Shown: positions 37,100-51,582, numbered from the whole stretch's first letter. The stretch is 62,452 nt of DNA, filler included, from Choristocarpus tenellus KU-1152 (GCA_964200185.2; 13 parts of 13 records of this genome joined end to end with filler, not necessarily neighbours in it), one strand, 5' to 3'. The notes: generated by a model from the sequence alone, not told the origin. Made by a program: numbers and translations.

Positions 37100-39150
37100 A
37101 GAATCTCAGCAATAGGCCAGGCCCCACCTCACTGTCTGACCCAGTGCCTCCACCTTAAAGTGCAAGATGTGCCTTGATATGACTATGTGTGCTGTTACTG
37201 ACACAATGCGTCAGACTCGCCTTCAACGTCCCCTGTCGAACAACCACATGAGTCGGATTTTTTTCTGACTGTATGCCGAGACACCTGGATCTCTCCACTC
37301 GTAAGGTCTCAAGGTTAAAAATACGAGGGTCAAAAGATCCCTCATCATGGTGGAAGGGAAGCCATGGGCCTCAACTGGAGCAGCAGCAACACCATTATAT
37401 GTTAAGGAAACCTCAAGGTGACACTCCACGAGGACCTTTGCAGAGACCAAATTGAGGAGGCCCTATTCCTGGAAGGAAGCAGTGGCTGTGGACTCCCATC
37501 CTCCACGGTGTAAGGGACATCCAACTAATTGCAGTCATTACCCATAGTGGTTATCTGATCATGGGCAGGCACTGCTTTATTTGCCCTTAAACTTGAGGAC
37601 ACATCCTTGCATACCTGGTGTCCACATTCTGCCTTCCTCGTCAGCAACAGGTCAATAGTTGGGGCAGTACCTCATCTACCTCCAAAGGCTGCCTTGCAAT
37701 CAGGCAGAATTCCAAGGATAGGACCTAGTTATTGAAGAGGTTATGTGGTTGCCCCACGCATTGGCCCTCTACCCAAACTGGGCCCTGTGACCTGCTATTG
37801 GCATAACCATTGCTGAAGATTCCCTCCCTGGTATCATATCTGGGGGAAGATTTACCAGCCACATGCTGAAGGCATCACAGCCTGTCTAAATGCTTCTTAA
37901 ACATCATGTACTGCCAGGGTATGGTATTCTGGGACTGATGCCATAGAGGCTCTACCACCCCTGTCTACTCAGTCTTGACCAATGATCCTGCTGGCATGAT
38001 CTCTTGGATTGATGCTATTGAAGCCACAGTAGTAGTAGAGTAGGGCTGAAGCAGATCACCATAGCAAATGCCTTCTCTGAAGCCCCTCGCTGTCTCACTA
38101 GGAGGGCCAGGAGGGTGACGATGAGCAATCCTACAGACACTGCATGTTTGCAATTGATCATAGAGGACAGACCTAAACTTCTAGCACTTGAGCTTGAACC
38201 TTTCTGTTAAGTTTCCAAGTAAAGGGACCTACCTATTTTCACACACACCATGCAAATAAATTGGTTGCTCAATCAAGTCTGCCACCCCCACGATCCACTA
38301 GAGTGCCCACCAAAAAGTGTTATCCACCTGCTGCGTGGTAGGACTTGTTGGTCATGGAAGGGTGACCCACACCATGAAACCCAAGCAGAGAGAGGGAGCA
38401 GATGTTGGGGGGCATACCACATGGTTGTGCTTCATTTCACAGAATGAAGCGTGTAGCTAGGCGCTGTGAATGAATATCCTGCCACATGAGCCTGGATGAA
38501 GGCATCTGTGATCACATGTGCACCGAGGGCAACAAAATTATCAGTGTCCATAGCAAATTTGGAATACAGTAGTGCAGAACACTAAAACAAAAAAAATGAC
38601 CACCAAAGATCACATCACACAAAAGGATGCCAGGTTATTTCTCCAGCGTGCATGAGCCCTATTGTAGTATGTCATACAGTCTTTTGCCCAACCATGTTGG
38701 CTACCATACCGTGCAGATGCCTATGTAATGCCTCTAATTGCCACAGGCTGTTCTGACATGGAATAAATTCACTCAGTTCACGTGCATTGTTACGAAAGTA
38801 GCATCATGGAGATTGTGTTTTCTTGGCTCCATGGGGATAGACGTCATAAGACAAGCCTCCTATCCCAGATGCACACCAATTCTACCAGCAAAAGAAAATG
38901 TGTCGTCAAGGAGGTCCCATTACTGAGGTTGTTCCTTTTTTCTTAAATGATAACAAGGTCATCAAGAGGATATTGGATAAGCAGGTGGACAAGAGACAGC
39001 CAACTTGGCTTGCAGATTATGTCCATCAAGATATGGTACAACAGTTTTGGAAGAATAGATAACAGAGAGCAACCACAAACAAGGTGGACCTTCATCACCT
39101 TCCCTAGTCTGGCAGTTATTTAGCCATGGTCAGCATTTATTGTGCAAGCC
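37100..39150 (-). mobile_element. Highly decayed CRE-like non-LTR retrotransposon (RT remnants + RLE region)
   Basis: A GSFDPR segment at about 37330 is shared with other copies. An LDDTF remnant lies near 38905 and FVALGAHVITDAFI near 38520 (RT-like). Many stops and frameshifts; boundaries are approximate. Confidence 0.45.
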
Positions 39151-39586
39151 TTCACCATATTCTGTGCACTATTACATACTCCAGAGTACAAACAGAAGAC
39201 CTTGCTAAATGGGAAAGGTGGGGAATATGTCATGCTGATGTTGCAATACAACAGAAAGTGTAGTGATAATTATAGAATAAATCCTTCTTGCCCATAGCTC
39301 ATGGCGTGCTCAAGGGTACTACTGTAACTCAGCAGAAAAAACGTTTAAGTAGGTCCATAATCCTAGTCCTATTTCTGGTGCTTTGTTCACAGCACACTCA
39401 CCCTAAGCATTATAAAATGTGCATGCACTTTGTAAACTCAACAAAAATGGGGAGTATAAAAAGGTGTGCATCTCATAGCCTAGTCCAATTTCATCTCATC
39501 GTCTACTGAGATGGCACAGGGATTGCCTTGGATTAACAAATGAACGCCGAGCCTTTAGGCCCTCCAGATCCGTTTTTGCAAGTTGT

Positions 39587-42425
39587 TCATTGTATATCGT
39601 TTCCATTCATCTTCTTGAGGCGCTGTGCTTTGAAACGAGAAACGCGTTTGGGAGCTGCTGGCACCTCAATATTAGAATGACTTAAGCTGGCCCCTGTAGC
39701 ATTGTCTCCACCCTGCCTTTCCTTTACTCCTGAGAGTACAAATTCTGCCCCTTTATTGGAAAGCGTTACACTCCTGTCCTTGGTATGGGCCAAACCAGTG
39801 TCTGCATCATCCTTTCCACCACACCTTTCTATCACTCCTGGCAATGCAGAATTTTTCTCTTTGGTGCCAGGACTTTGGGTGATATCCTTGCCATCACGCC
39901 TTCCCTCTCCTCCTGCAAAACTTGATTTTGTTTGATGTCCCCCTTTGCCCTTTACATTCAGGAATCCCTTCTTCCATTGAGGTCCAAGCATAATACCCTG
40001 GGCTGAAAACATGGTTATCAAAGAGTAAATTGTACAGTTGAAATATGGTGTGTCAGAGGAATATCATCTAAGTTTGTTCTTGTTGAATTTTAAGGGCTTC
40101 ATGACTGCCTTGTGGCATATGCATTTTGAGCACTGTGGAAGACGCCTTTGGCAAACAAGGAGCTTACACCTAGTCTTCTCAACTACATCCACACCCTCTT
40201 AAGGGGGGGTAACTACAGTTCAGACATGGGCATTGTGTACATTGCACAAGGTTTAGAGGGGTCTTGAATATCAAAATGGTCAAATAGACTCCCCCCTCAA
40301 GTTTCACTCTCACAATACATAAACGACCATGCCAACAACAATTGCCTCCATCAGAAGACCTTATGGTTTTGCACTCTAGACACACATAGTAGAGGTTTTA
40401 TGTATCAATGTTGTGGAAATAGGTCTATCAAAAACCACCTAGTGTACACTTCTAGTCTTCGTTCAAATTCAAAAATCTAGTCACTGAACTCAGATAGGGC
40501 TGTAAAAGTGGTCGTGAGGAGGAATAATGGCTTGGACGTTTTGAAGTTGTGGTTTACCATGGTATTGTTGGCTGGCAGTCACAACTTCTTGTCATCATGG
40601 TGTGACCTTACCAGTTCCTGGATGTACATTGATCTACTACATAGTACACAGCCAGGAGGAATCTACCTAGTTCTATCACAGAAACCATTTAACCAAAAAC
40701 TATGAGACAGTTTCAACGCAAGCCAGGGGGGCACAAGATAATTGCAATTCTATATATAGAATATCTTGTACAAGAAACTTGGTTCTCACTCTTGCACTCT
40801 CTTCATTTCCTTTTGCATGTATTTGGTTGTGTTTCCATTCTGACACTCTCCAGCTCCAGCGCATCTGAAGACAGAATCAAGCAGTGATGAGCAGGCTTTC
40901 TTTTCATGCACTTACCATGTTCAGCATTATCCTCTGCTTCTGCCTCTGCCTCCTGCTTTTCCAGCTCCTTGAAGACGGTATCCATGTCCTTTGTTTGTAT
41001 CCCTCGATTGTGCTCATCTTTTTGACCTCCACTCTCATCTATATTCTTCTCCTGCAATTCACGACTGTGCAACCCATCCACAGCACCTCTAATACCTTTA
41101 TGTGCCCTAACCAACTTGCTGGGAGTCGGCTTCGACAAAACTTGGTGTATCTGTATATTATACACACCGGTTTCGAAATAGCAAGTAAGTCAGTAGAGTG
41201 AAACACTGCAGGAACTGGGAGGTTACACCTGCATTATCTACTATTAATTGTTGCATATACAATCCATAGTTCACATCTATCAACTCATGTTGCTGTTCTG
41301 AGCGTAAGACTCAACACTTCTACAAAAGTTACATACCCCACATGAACCACGTGCTCAAGTTGCAGGCCATTTTCTACAACCATTGCATTCTTCTTATTTA
41401 ACTTATTGCAATATGATACATAATATAACGCATTTGGTCGGGGACGAGGACCTAACTTATACAAATATTTGACTACCTAAGAGTGGAGTGAATATAAACG
41501 AAAAAGTCTCGGTCAAACTACCAAAAACAGAGAAAACGAGAATATGCAATCACAGAGATTGACCGCGTGGATCCGTGATCACCTTGCCAACCTCCGCTAA
41601 CTCAGTCGCAGTCTCTCTCCCAGAATCATCCAGCCATTCTCGGATCTCCATGATGGAACCCAAACGTTGACTCTGTTGCAAGACATCGTAAGAAGTACGA
41701 AAAGACACCATCACGACAATATTTGCTAACATTCAGGAGGGATGACAGGAAATCGCAAGGGGTTCCGCTATAATTTGTCAAAGACGGAGGTTTCACTCAC
41801 CTCGACCCCATCTAATCCTTCGCTCTCTGTATCTTTTGTGAGTCTCTCGTCCATTGGTACATCTCCTGGGGGAGCTGACAACTTGGACGTAACTTCCTCA
41901 TTGACAGTCTGTTCAGGAACAGAGCAAGCCCAACAGCATCAGAACAACGCATTTGTCCAACATCTTGCTCTGCGTTCTCCATAAACCATACAAAGCGGAT
42001 GGACCAACCTGTGGCCTTTCATCAGCATCAACCAGCTTGCGGTCAGGAAGGTCAGTCAATCGCTTCAACTCCGCCTCCAACAGGTTCAGCTTGTGAGAGA
42101 GATCTGGCAATGGTTGCGCTTCATCTGAGACAGTTATCGCGCGGAAGATGAGGAAAGTATTTCAATAGAACCATAGTCGGCACACACCTGTCATTCTCCG
42201 AGAGATTATCTCATTTGCCTGCTGCGGCTTCCTTGAGACGAAATAGCCAACCCCAAGGTGGACCGTGACATCTTGGGTGGAGATTATCGCAGGCATAAAG
42301 GCCACTGGCGATACGGGAACCATGATCTCGGCACCTTGACATACATCATTATCGAGAACTGAGGAAAGATCTTGGTATTCCTTGAGCAGGTTCAAAGTCG
42401 ACTCTCTAAGTTCATCCTCCCTCAT
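39587..42425 (-). CDS. URI1: Unconventional prefoldin RPB5 interactor (URI1/Bud27-like); exons 42425-42188, 42124-42009, 41908-41801, 41672-41592 (or 41583), about 41150-40916, 40002-39587
   Basis: N-terminal alpha-prefoldin domain IMVPVSPVAFMPAIISTQDVTVHLGVGYFV..QANEIISRR, a central IMEIRE motif, an acidic linker and a C-terminal URI box KRVSRFKAQRL. GT-AG junctions are in phase; one acceptor is uncertain. Confidence 0.85.
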
Positions 42426-43328
42426 CCTCGTGTTTTGGGATTATTACTATTTTATTAGACACAATCTCACAGAAAACAACACCATTCAAATTCTAGACGA
42501 AATAAGGTATACTCCGTCTTGAAGGTGCTTGAACTTGGACATGAACAGACAAACACCAACCAATGAATATTAACTAGTTTTTAACAACATCATTAGTTTG
42601 GAAGTATCGAGCCATTTCCAAGGAACCCTATTTCCACCGATAAAAACTGCGATAGTAAAAGTGTAAGGACGAAGTACAGGAAGTAGGGTAATACTTTGTG
42701 GCACTTGAGAAATATTCTGACAATACACGTAGTAAATGTGTCTAAGACAACTAACCTACGATGATGACAATGATTGTGAAGGCAATCAGGACATTTAACA
42801 TGGCAAATGTGAGGTGAAGAGGGAGGCCATGTACCTTCGACCTCCCAACAAGGTGAAGGGTTTTGCTAATCTTCTGGGCTTCGACCCTGAGCTACTACAA
42901 TGAGACTGGCAAGTTCGTTTACCTTGGAGGCACCTTCAGTGACGAAGCTGTTATCACACGCAAGATCAATTCTTGGACAATTTCAAAAACCTGCGGATAT
43001 TACGCAAACACAGCCAAATACTTTGTGCTAGAACCACAGGTGTATCACTTGAACTTGAGATTCGAAAGTAGAAGGATGAAGCACTTGAGGTTCTCATAAA
43101 TGCGTGGTCGTGGGAAAGAGACAATCCGTTAGGTCCACTCTATCTATGAAGATTTGCTCTCGCCGTTACACACTGCATTGGGTTTTGCAAGGGAAACGAA
43201 CCGATCATACCCTGTCCTACAAAGCAAAGATGTACTTTGGAAGACTGGGTGCGACAGTATTGATGTGAACTAGTCAGAAGATTCGCAATCTCACATATAC
43301 ATGTCACCAGGTCCAACATACCATTCAC

Positions 43329-43482
43329 AGTTCCTTTCTTAGCACCTTTAAAGCCACGCGTGCCGGCTGTTGAAATGGCAAGAACATTTCCTTGAATATC
43401 AGTAACAGTCAATAGTATTGTTAAAAGTTGCATTGATATGAACAACTCCTAAAGTGATGTTTTTTCTCTTTTTTTCGCTCTT
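43329..43482 (-). pseudogene. rps11: Organelle-derived (probably plastid) ribosomal protein S11 fragment (NUPT)
   Basis: KRKNITLGVVHINATFNNTI / frameshift / TVTDIQGNVLAISTAGTRGFKGAKKGT. AT-rich, intronless and truncated. GFKGAKKGT is the cyanobacterial/plastid-type S11 motif. Confidence 0.8.
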
Positions 43483-43568
43483 ACTTAGTGCAATTCATTC
43501 TCTATATCTCTCAATTACTCTCTCTTGCCAGCGAAGAGTGTTGCTACGCTCAAGTCACCATTCGTATC

Positions 43569-43862
43569 TTTTGGATGTTGGGCAGGTAAAGCGGTCAAAC
43601 AAGAGTTTTTTTTAATCTATCCAAGCAATGTGTAACTAACACTTGTCACTCAAGTCTCCATTTTTATCTTCTGGATATTTTGGAGGTGAAATGGTCAAAC
43701 AAGAGTTTTGGATGCATCCAAGCAATGCCTAAATCACACTTCTGTATAATACTACGAAGTATTGCTGCTCAAACCTACAGTGGTAACATTTGGATATTGG
43801 AACTGGTTAAGTGGCTAAATATGGGTTTTCAATGGACCCAAGCATAATGTGTAACTCACACT
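43569..43862. repeat. Three diverged tandem copies (about 100-120-bp period) of tggatrtt..ggtcaaacaagagtttt..tccaagcaatg..cac
   Basis: Copies start at about 43569, 43670 and 43789. Confidence 0.65.
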
Positions 43863-44400
43863 GAGTTAAAGTAAATGAGAGGTACCCAGAGTTCCATTTT
43901 TAAGGATGCTGAAAAATATGTGCAAATTTCGGCTTTAAAAAAAAAACGTGTGTAGGATATTGACTGCATTGTGTCAAAAAGTTTCAACTAATAAAGAATT
44001 AAACACCCTCCAGTAAAACTTAGGACTTCATTAATACAGGTGTGGAAAGCATGTTTGTCTGTTGTTATACCATTATTGCCGTATGCCATATACCGTTAAA
44101 CCGTTGTACCGATTGAGGTTCCCAGTCAAGCGTCCATTATTTCACTGACAGACTTTCCATCAGAATGAAACCATGGAATCTCTTCATGTGACCAATCCCA
44201 TAGACTTGGGACAGCTCGTCATTCAGAGTTGTCACACATGGAAGATCCACTTTGTTCTCACGTCTTNNNNNNNNNNNNNNNNNNNNNNNNNNNNNNNNNN
44301 NNNNNNNNNNTTAATTAATTAANNNNNNNNNNNNNNNNNNNNNNNNNNNNNNNNNNNNNNNNNNNNACCCGCTAATATGAGATCAAGCTCTTCTTCTTCC

Positions 44401-44581
44401 GACCCAAATTATCTGGGGGGGGGGGAGGGTCTACACCAGGGTGTACATTTGGGTCGAAATCAGGAAAATTGCATTTACATTATTCATCGGACGTATGCAA
44501 CCAAATCACCCCAAAATCGCGACATCATGGAAAAATTGACCCCAAATGGACAGCCGCCACCCCCCCCAGATACTTTAAGCC
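44401..44581. mobile_element. MITE family A copy with 4-bp TSD TTCC
   Basis: ttcc|GACCCAAATTATCTGGGG ... CCCCAGATACTTTAAGCC|ttcc. Confidence 0.9.
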
Positions 44582-44754
44582 TTCCGTTCTTTCAAGACTT
44601 TCCACTCTCGCAAAGAAGGGGGTCGTGTTAGGCTCCCATCTCCTTCCTCTTCCGACTTCTATTAAGGCTAGGTCTTCAAACTACTTCTCAGAAGTAGATG
44701 TCTACGAAGTAGATTCTGCACATTGCTAAGATAGGCAATCATCCCACAATCCCA

Positions 44755-44931
44755 GTTCTCACATCAGCAGATAGAGTCAAATTCAACCTTGAAGTGCCCA
44801 AGAAGTATTTGTCGACGTATGAGTGGCAAGAGCAACTTGGCACTAATCAAGGATTTTACTGGGCTGAGATGTGCAGGGACTACGATGCCTCTGGTGCACT
44901 TGAGGAGCAAGCCCGAGCTGGATTGATAGAG
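44755..44931 (+). CDS. Possible exon of unknown protein (..FNLEVPKKYLSTYEWQEQLGTNQGFYWAEMCRDYDASGALEEQARAGLIE)
   Basis: Protein-like composition and a GAG|gtggag donor; no family recognised and the acceptor is uncertain. Confidence 0.3.
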
Positions 44932-46130
44932 GTGGAGAGGAAGTGTGGGCCACGAGGCAAGTGGGAGCATGTTACATGTGAGGGAGATAGATCTAGTAAC
45001 ATAGCAAAGAGTCAAGCCAACTAACTGAGAGGTTGACAAAGTTTCATTTTAAGGATCGGGAGAAGTGCAAGTAGACGCGATTGTGTACAATTGTAGAGAG
45101 GGCCTTTCTTTGCTGATGAACTGTGGTGCCACTTTGTGTGTGGAAAGGGGAAGCATGTATTCTTGCGTGCACTATTATTGCGCACACAAAGTAACGAAAT
45201 AGAGTGTATTGTACAGGGTAAAAACAGGGTAAAAAGATGACTAAGAATGCGAAAGTGTCCAAACCTGCCCACCTCTTAGACGGTATGGCTCAAAAGCTGG
45301 TGGGAGTAAAGGGAAGGCGAGCTCTGTCCCTTGGATGCACCAACCAGTTGATGGGGTCAACTGCAAGACCCCTGACCACCTTCAGAACTGCTAGTCCAAG
45401 AAGAAGGTCAACACGATGCCGAATCATAGCCAGTAGTTGCAAGCCCAGGTGTCTGATGTTCACCTCCTCTTTTTGCCATCTCTAGATCAGTCTTATGTGA
45501 TGCAATATTGACTCAAAGACAGAACAGCTCTCTATGAGGATAGACTCATACACCAGGCAGATGGCCAAGAAGGGACCTGTCAAATTCTTGGGATGCTTCC
45601 CCAGCTCCTTGCCCACAAGTTTTTAGGGCCAAGGTAGGTTAGAGCCATAGCAGCAGTGTACCCATTACGTTGTAATCACCAACCTTTAAAGGAACATTGT
45701 TGTATACCTATTGTGAACTAGTAAATACTTCTTGATCACTTTTACAAAAAAGGTCGTGATTTTGTATTTTTCTGTATGTAACAAACATAGTGTAATGTTA
45801 GAGGGTATACTCAATTATTTTGGAACAAGTTTGCAATGAAATTTGAAAATGTACATGCACCCCACCCCATCAAATCATAAAAACTCGATATTAGAGTTGG
45901 TGATGTCCCAGGATCCATTCCCTACGTTGCACTCGTGAGTCCTTGGACTCACCTTCACATGACATACACCCAACTCTGACACCCTGTGGCCGTTGACTCA
46001 ATGGGGAAGGGTGTACGATCTTGTGGATAAACCCTGAGTGATACTGTCCCTGCTCTAAAGTTTGCGCCCTCAACGACATTGCTCCTCCAAAGTACATTAG
46101 GCATCACTGTTCCGACTGAGGACTTTCTTG

Positions 46131-47790
46131 ATGACCCACGTTGCATTCTTGGCACTGGGATCTATCGGGGATTGCCTACCTCTGTGCGCCTTGGCGGCCA
46201 GACTGCCCTCCTTCGTGCGGCAGCAAGATGGATCAGAGACGGTGCGCATTGCAGTGGTCACCCACAGATGCCACTGCAGTGTGGTAAGAGGTGAGGACTG
46301 TGAAAGGAAAAGGTTCCTAGGAAATGTCTGAGGTGTGGTAAAAGATTTTGTATCAACCGAAGAAGGATAAAACTGCGCACCACTGACTTCGCATGTCAAC
46401 TTTCAACACTACATTGTCGTAAGGGTACGACCATGCCAAACAGCGAAGGTATTTTTTGCTGGTCTTCATCGATCTAGTATCCGTTTGTGCTCTCTCTGTC
46501 TGAACTTTTGTCGCTATCAGCTACTTCATTATCTCCTTCCTCTCACCTCTTTCTCTTCCTCGACACACACACACACACACATACATACACATAGAGAGAG
46601 AGAGGGAGGGAGAGAGATATACAGGTACAGCCACAGATACAGACGCATACATAGACACAGACACAGACACAGACACAGAAACACACTCATACATACGCAC
46701 ACACACAGTTGTGGCTGTGTGAGCTCTGTTGCTCTTTCTCCGATGGCACCTGTAGGCTGATTCTGCATCTCTAACTCTGTTATCTGTCTCTCCCTCAATC
46801 GCCACCTTGTCAGATATATTGGAGACGGTTGTGGATGTGTTGGAACCACCGGAGATATGGCCAGTGGATATCCCCGTTCTACATATGAATTCTTGGGAGG
46901 AGACAAGGCCTGGTCGATTTGAAAAAGGGAGAGAGGGATGGCGTTATGGATTTGGCGTTGACAATGACCTGGATGCCTGCTTATTAGTGCTAGAGTCTAT
47001 TCGACCGCGGGTGAGATGCCTTAAAATATTCCTCGAAGGGAGCACTCTTGGAAGCCTAGTCTGTTATGGATATCTTCAGCTTGGTGCAAATATCTTCTTG
47101 AGAGAAACCGACGAGACAGTGGATAGATCGCAGCATAAACCTCCGACCATTTCACCCAAGCTGTTATTGCTCAGCTTCACCCTATAGCACCGACAAATCC
47201 CTGCAATTGATTAAATATAAAGAACTCTGTAGATATATGAAGGGATTCTCATGTCACTTACTAGATTCTAGAACAACCCATGCACTTAAGGTCCTCCTTA
47301 CCAATAACTTTGTGCGAAATTACTGTGAATCGCTTCCTTACAAGAAATAGCCTTGTTCCTTACGAGGGCACCCAGCTAGTCAAATCACCAACTCAACAAC
47401 CACGAACACAGTACTCTTTGTGTAGGAAAACCATTGGTGGAAGGTGTAGGGCAATTTGTCAACTTGTCTTCCTCATGGATATAACCCCTATTGTACATGG
47501 ATAGAGGTCCAAGGAATGACACTAATCATGATGCGCTATACTTTCATTATTGTGATGACACCAATGAAGGATTTTCTTTTTTCTTAACCCACTTTGCAGT
47601 GCACAGCTCTACATGTCTGATGTGAGGGAGTATCGATGACTTGTATCCTGTCTTAACGGTGCTCTCTGTGCTGAACTCCAAATCCCCTTCCCAAGGCATT
47701 GCTGTTCAACCTTTTCTCAGCGTTCGGATACCACCTTGCTGAAGCGCTTGGCATTCGCTGTGTTTGTCTGTCTCCAGGCATCTCGCCAAG
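46131..47790 (+). CDS. Glycosyltransferase family 28 N-terminal / UGT80-like sterol glucosyltransferase, 5' exons 46131-46283, about 46814-47010, 47696-47790
   Basis: MTHVAFLALGSIGDCLPLCALAARL...IAVVTH (GT28-N GS/TxGD motif) and ALLFNLFSAFGYHLAEALGIRCVCLSP. The phase of the first junction is not fully resolved, and the gene is cut by the spacer. Confidence 0.75.
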
Positions 47791-50700
47791 GTGAGCGAAT
47801 GCTTGATGCTGCAGGGGGCCAAAGTATCTTGGGGGGGGGGGGGGGGGCGGGGGCCGTTTTTNNNNNNNNNNNNNNNNNNNNNNNNNNNNNNNNNNNNNNN
47901 NNNNNTTAATTAATTAANNNNNNNNNNNNNNNNNNNNNNNNNNNNNNNNNNNNNNNNNNNNGTCTTTCTCCATCTCACGATTTTTGGGTGATTTAGCTGC
48001 ATGCGGCGGAAAAATAATGTAAGTGCACTTTTCCTTGTCAAGGCTCAAATGGGCACCCTGGTGTAGACCCCCCTCCCCTCCAGGTACTTTGAGCGAAACT
48101 GAACATTGAAAGGAATGATTCAAAGTTTTGAGGTCGAAATAACCTTCTAACTACGTTACACTGATGTCTGTATGCATATGTACATGTACACCGACACACA
48201 GACACACATAATATCTTACAGTGGTCTAATGGACTAGAATGATCTGGGTCACACTTTGCTCTGCTACAGATCAAAAAAATATACTGAAACAGACCACAGC
48301 TGACAAGCGGGTGATGTTATTCCCCTACCGAAGAGGATAGAGAATAATATTGACCCCTAAAAAACGATTTGCTAACTTCTTCTAGGAAACAAATATGCTC
48401 TCCTAATATGTAAAATTCCCCCAGTCAACAGGATAATGAGAGATGCGACTGTTAAATTGGGGTTAGTGGGTAGAGGTTCAATAGGAGAACTGCTCATACT
48501 CTTTCCTGGCACTCATGTAGGATGATAACTCGCTTCAGCTGCTCTTTATTTCTGGTCATGGTATCACCCTATGAGATCTATATTCAGGAGAATATTCTGA
48601 GATTCCTGAGATCAACGGAGGGGGTGATATCCTCAGTCCCCAGTCATTATCGGGTTGAAGCCTCAAAACAAACCTAGGATGGGATCATTACCTAGCATTT
48701 CTGTTCTGGAGGTGAACAATTTCAGGGGCTCATCATTGTTCAAAGATACCTTGATGCCTTCCATCCTCTATAGTAGGATAATTAGGAACTGTTCGAGAGT
48801 GAACTGTGGCAAAACTAGTGGAGAAGTGGTGGCAATTAAGAATTTTTCAACCAACAAAATACCCTGAGAAGTTTCATGCTGAATTACAGACACGATAACG
48901 TAATTGCAAGATAGGACAATGGCAAGAGCCCAAGTGAGTCCTAAGCAATGCACCCCTTCCCAACACATTTTAATCTCAATTGCATACCAGTGCCCAGGTG
49001 GTCTAAACCATAAGAATGCTCCCCTTCCTCTGCATAAGCTGCCCAATCACAGAGTTCTTGTGTTGTTTTTTCTGCTTCTGGTGTTGCCCATAGCTGCCAC
49101 CCTTGTTGATCATCCTGGGCAAAGTGCCAATGACAAGTCAGGAGTTGAAATTGGTCGCATGCAACATGATGCAAGAAGTGAAATATAGATCACTAGTATA
49201 GGAGAAATATCACATTGATTCTATATTGGAGTATGCTTCTACCTGTAGCCTCCCTCTGTCCCCACAATAATGCTAAGGGTCCTACATTGCCTCAAAGAGC
49301 ATATTGAGTATAATGAAATGTCCGGCTCAATGTGTCAGAGAATAATCTCATGTTTAACATAATATATTCACCAACACTTGCAAACACTTACAAACCTCCT
49401 CTCTTTTTGGAAGACACTCTCTGTGATTACTAATATATATACTTGATACAATATACAAGGTAGAAAACCCAAGGTACACTTGTCCAGTGAGAGGAGTCCC
49501 TTTCAGAACATAGCAAAGGAAGCTATAGACATAAAATCGTTCTAGATGCAACATGATTCGAAGAATGTCATATTTTGGCACTCACCAATGATCATGAGGT
49601 TCTTTCAGCATTCTTGCTTTTCTCAGAAATGCAAAACAAGGGGAAAACTGACTCTCCCTTTGTATTATCGACATTGCTGTGTTGCAGCATGTTGCTCTTT
49701 TTCTTTCTCAATGATAGTGTGCATCAATCCTTCCCCAGTCTTGAACCCCTCATATGTACAGGAACTTGCAATGAGAACAATTTAGCAATACTGTATAAAT
49801 GTACTGTATAATGGGGAAAAAAGAAACTATTTGCTTCTGGAAACGTTTCAAATTTATTTCTAGTTCAACTACTAGTCTAAAATTGAGGTAAGGTTTATCG
49901 CTCAAGGTCATTTACTATGGCAGCTGTCATCAGGACCACAATCTTTCTCAATGCCAGTAGGGAGATGCTACATGGTAGATTCTAAGTTGAAATTTTCCCT
50001 TGTCAAGTTGGTGTAGCACTAGAGGAACACAGTTGAGTCATCTCATTGCAAAGTTTATTGATACCCTCAAGAGTTAAAAATAAAACTCAAGTCACAACTT
50101 GTGGTTGTTGCTCTAGGTGGGATCAAGGTTTGTAGTCCTTATCTGTTGAGGTTCTAGCTCAAGTCGCAAGACCATAATCACTGGGTCCAACTTTGGTTAG
50201 GTATATGCTAATGCTTGAGTAAGGTCCATCATATCTGAGTCAAAGGTCACACATTGACCCCATGCTCAGATTTGATCATGCTCAAGTCATGGTCAGCTCT
50301 GGATTTAGAATTGTCATCAAACCCTGTGTGTATCAACTGCAATATTTCCTTTGATCTATTTCAAGGAGCAAGAAATTTAAATAACCAACAAAAGAAGGGA
50401 AGAGATCTCCTACCTACTAAAGTATTGTATACTCTGCTAGACAGGAATTCATTCCAGGTCAGACTCATTTCCTCCTACATTAGTTGTGTGAGGGCACTAC
50501 TAATAGGATGTGGCAATGGTGAAAACTTCATGATGAAAGTAAGGCCCCCTAAAGTCTTCATTTTGATCACTGTTCTGATTGCATTTGCACAACTTGGCAC
50601 ATTGTATTAACCAGGATTAGTGTCCCAATATGGTTGTTGACTATGTAATGAGTTGCACTCAAACTGCATGTGTGTTTGACAAGGAGCTGCCACAGATCTG

Positions 50701-51582
50701 GACCTGCGTTGGTCCTACCTGTGGACCTAACTCAGGTGGACTCATTCTCATACCTGTAGTAGTATACTTTAGACGCTTAGCTCAAGGGTTCATACATTGT
50801 ACCTGAAGAATCTCAGAAGGCCACTTGGATGGGAATTCTCCATCTCCGTAGTCCACTCTTTTTCCTTAGTAGTCATACAAGGCACGGAAGTGATGTTGCT
50901 GACGTTTTCCACCATCATGAACCTATTCAACAAATGCCACACATGATTGGTGACGACTAGATAGAGCACTCCTTCAGAGAATTTCGTGCGTCTCTTGAAA
51001 TATATATATATATATATATTAGGTAGCCTTGCCATAACAGGTCAAAAGAAAGAACCAGCATATCAGACAGGAAAAAATCTTTGATGACTTCCCTGTTTAT
51101 ATTTTCAAAGACAATAGCTTGGGGCCACCTGTGAACTCATGGGTATTTTGCAATAACACATTGTGGCTTTTAGAGTTCGGTCTACAACAATCAACATACT
51201 TCATACGCACGTTGTGCTACTTGCAAAGTGAGGCCCTGGGAGAAGTCCTGTGGTATTGGATACAACAATGGAGATTCACAAATCTAATTCACATCTTCCC
51301 TTGCCTGAAAGCACCCTAGTAGGTTTGGATTAGGTGTTAGGTCTGCTATCATGAAGGGAGGAAGGGAGATGCAATTGACCAGGTGATGTATTCAAATGTA
51401 AATTCCGACACACATATCCCCCTCTCTGCTCTTATTGATGTTACTGCTATTAGTTTATTGAACTCTGTGCTGGTTAACTTCTTAGGTAAGAACATAGAAA
51501 ATAACTATAGGAATAGGCAATGATACGATGCGAATACTACGCACCATAAACCACAACAGAACTCATACACACAATGTATGAC

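Noticed and set aside
40803-40864. Candidate extra exon of the URI1-like gene
   Set aside because: It runs into an in-frame stop at 40803. The 40916 donor joins in phase directly to 40002.
43569-43862. Repeat-spacer-like triple repeat resembling a CRISPR array
   Set aside because: The units are long, diverged and irregular, there are no cas genes, and the context is eukaryotic. It is an ordinary degenerate tandem repeat.
46485-46805. ORFs rich in HTHT/RHRH/VSVS
   Set aside because: They are translations of (CA)n/(GA)n microsatellites inside the glycosyltransferase intron.
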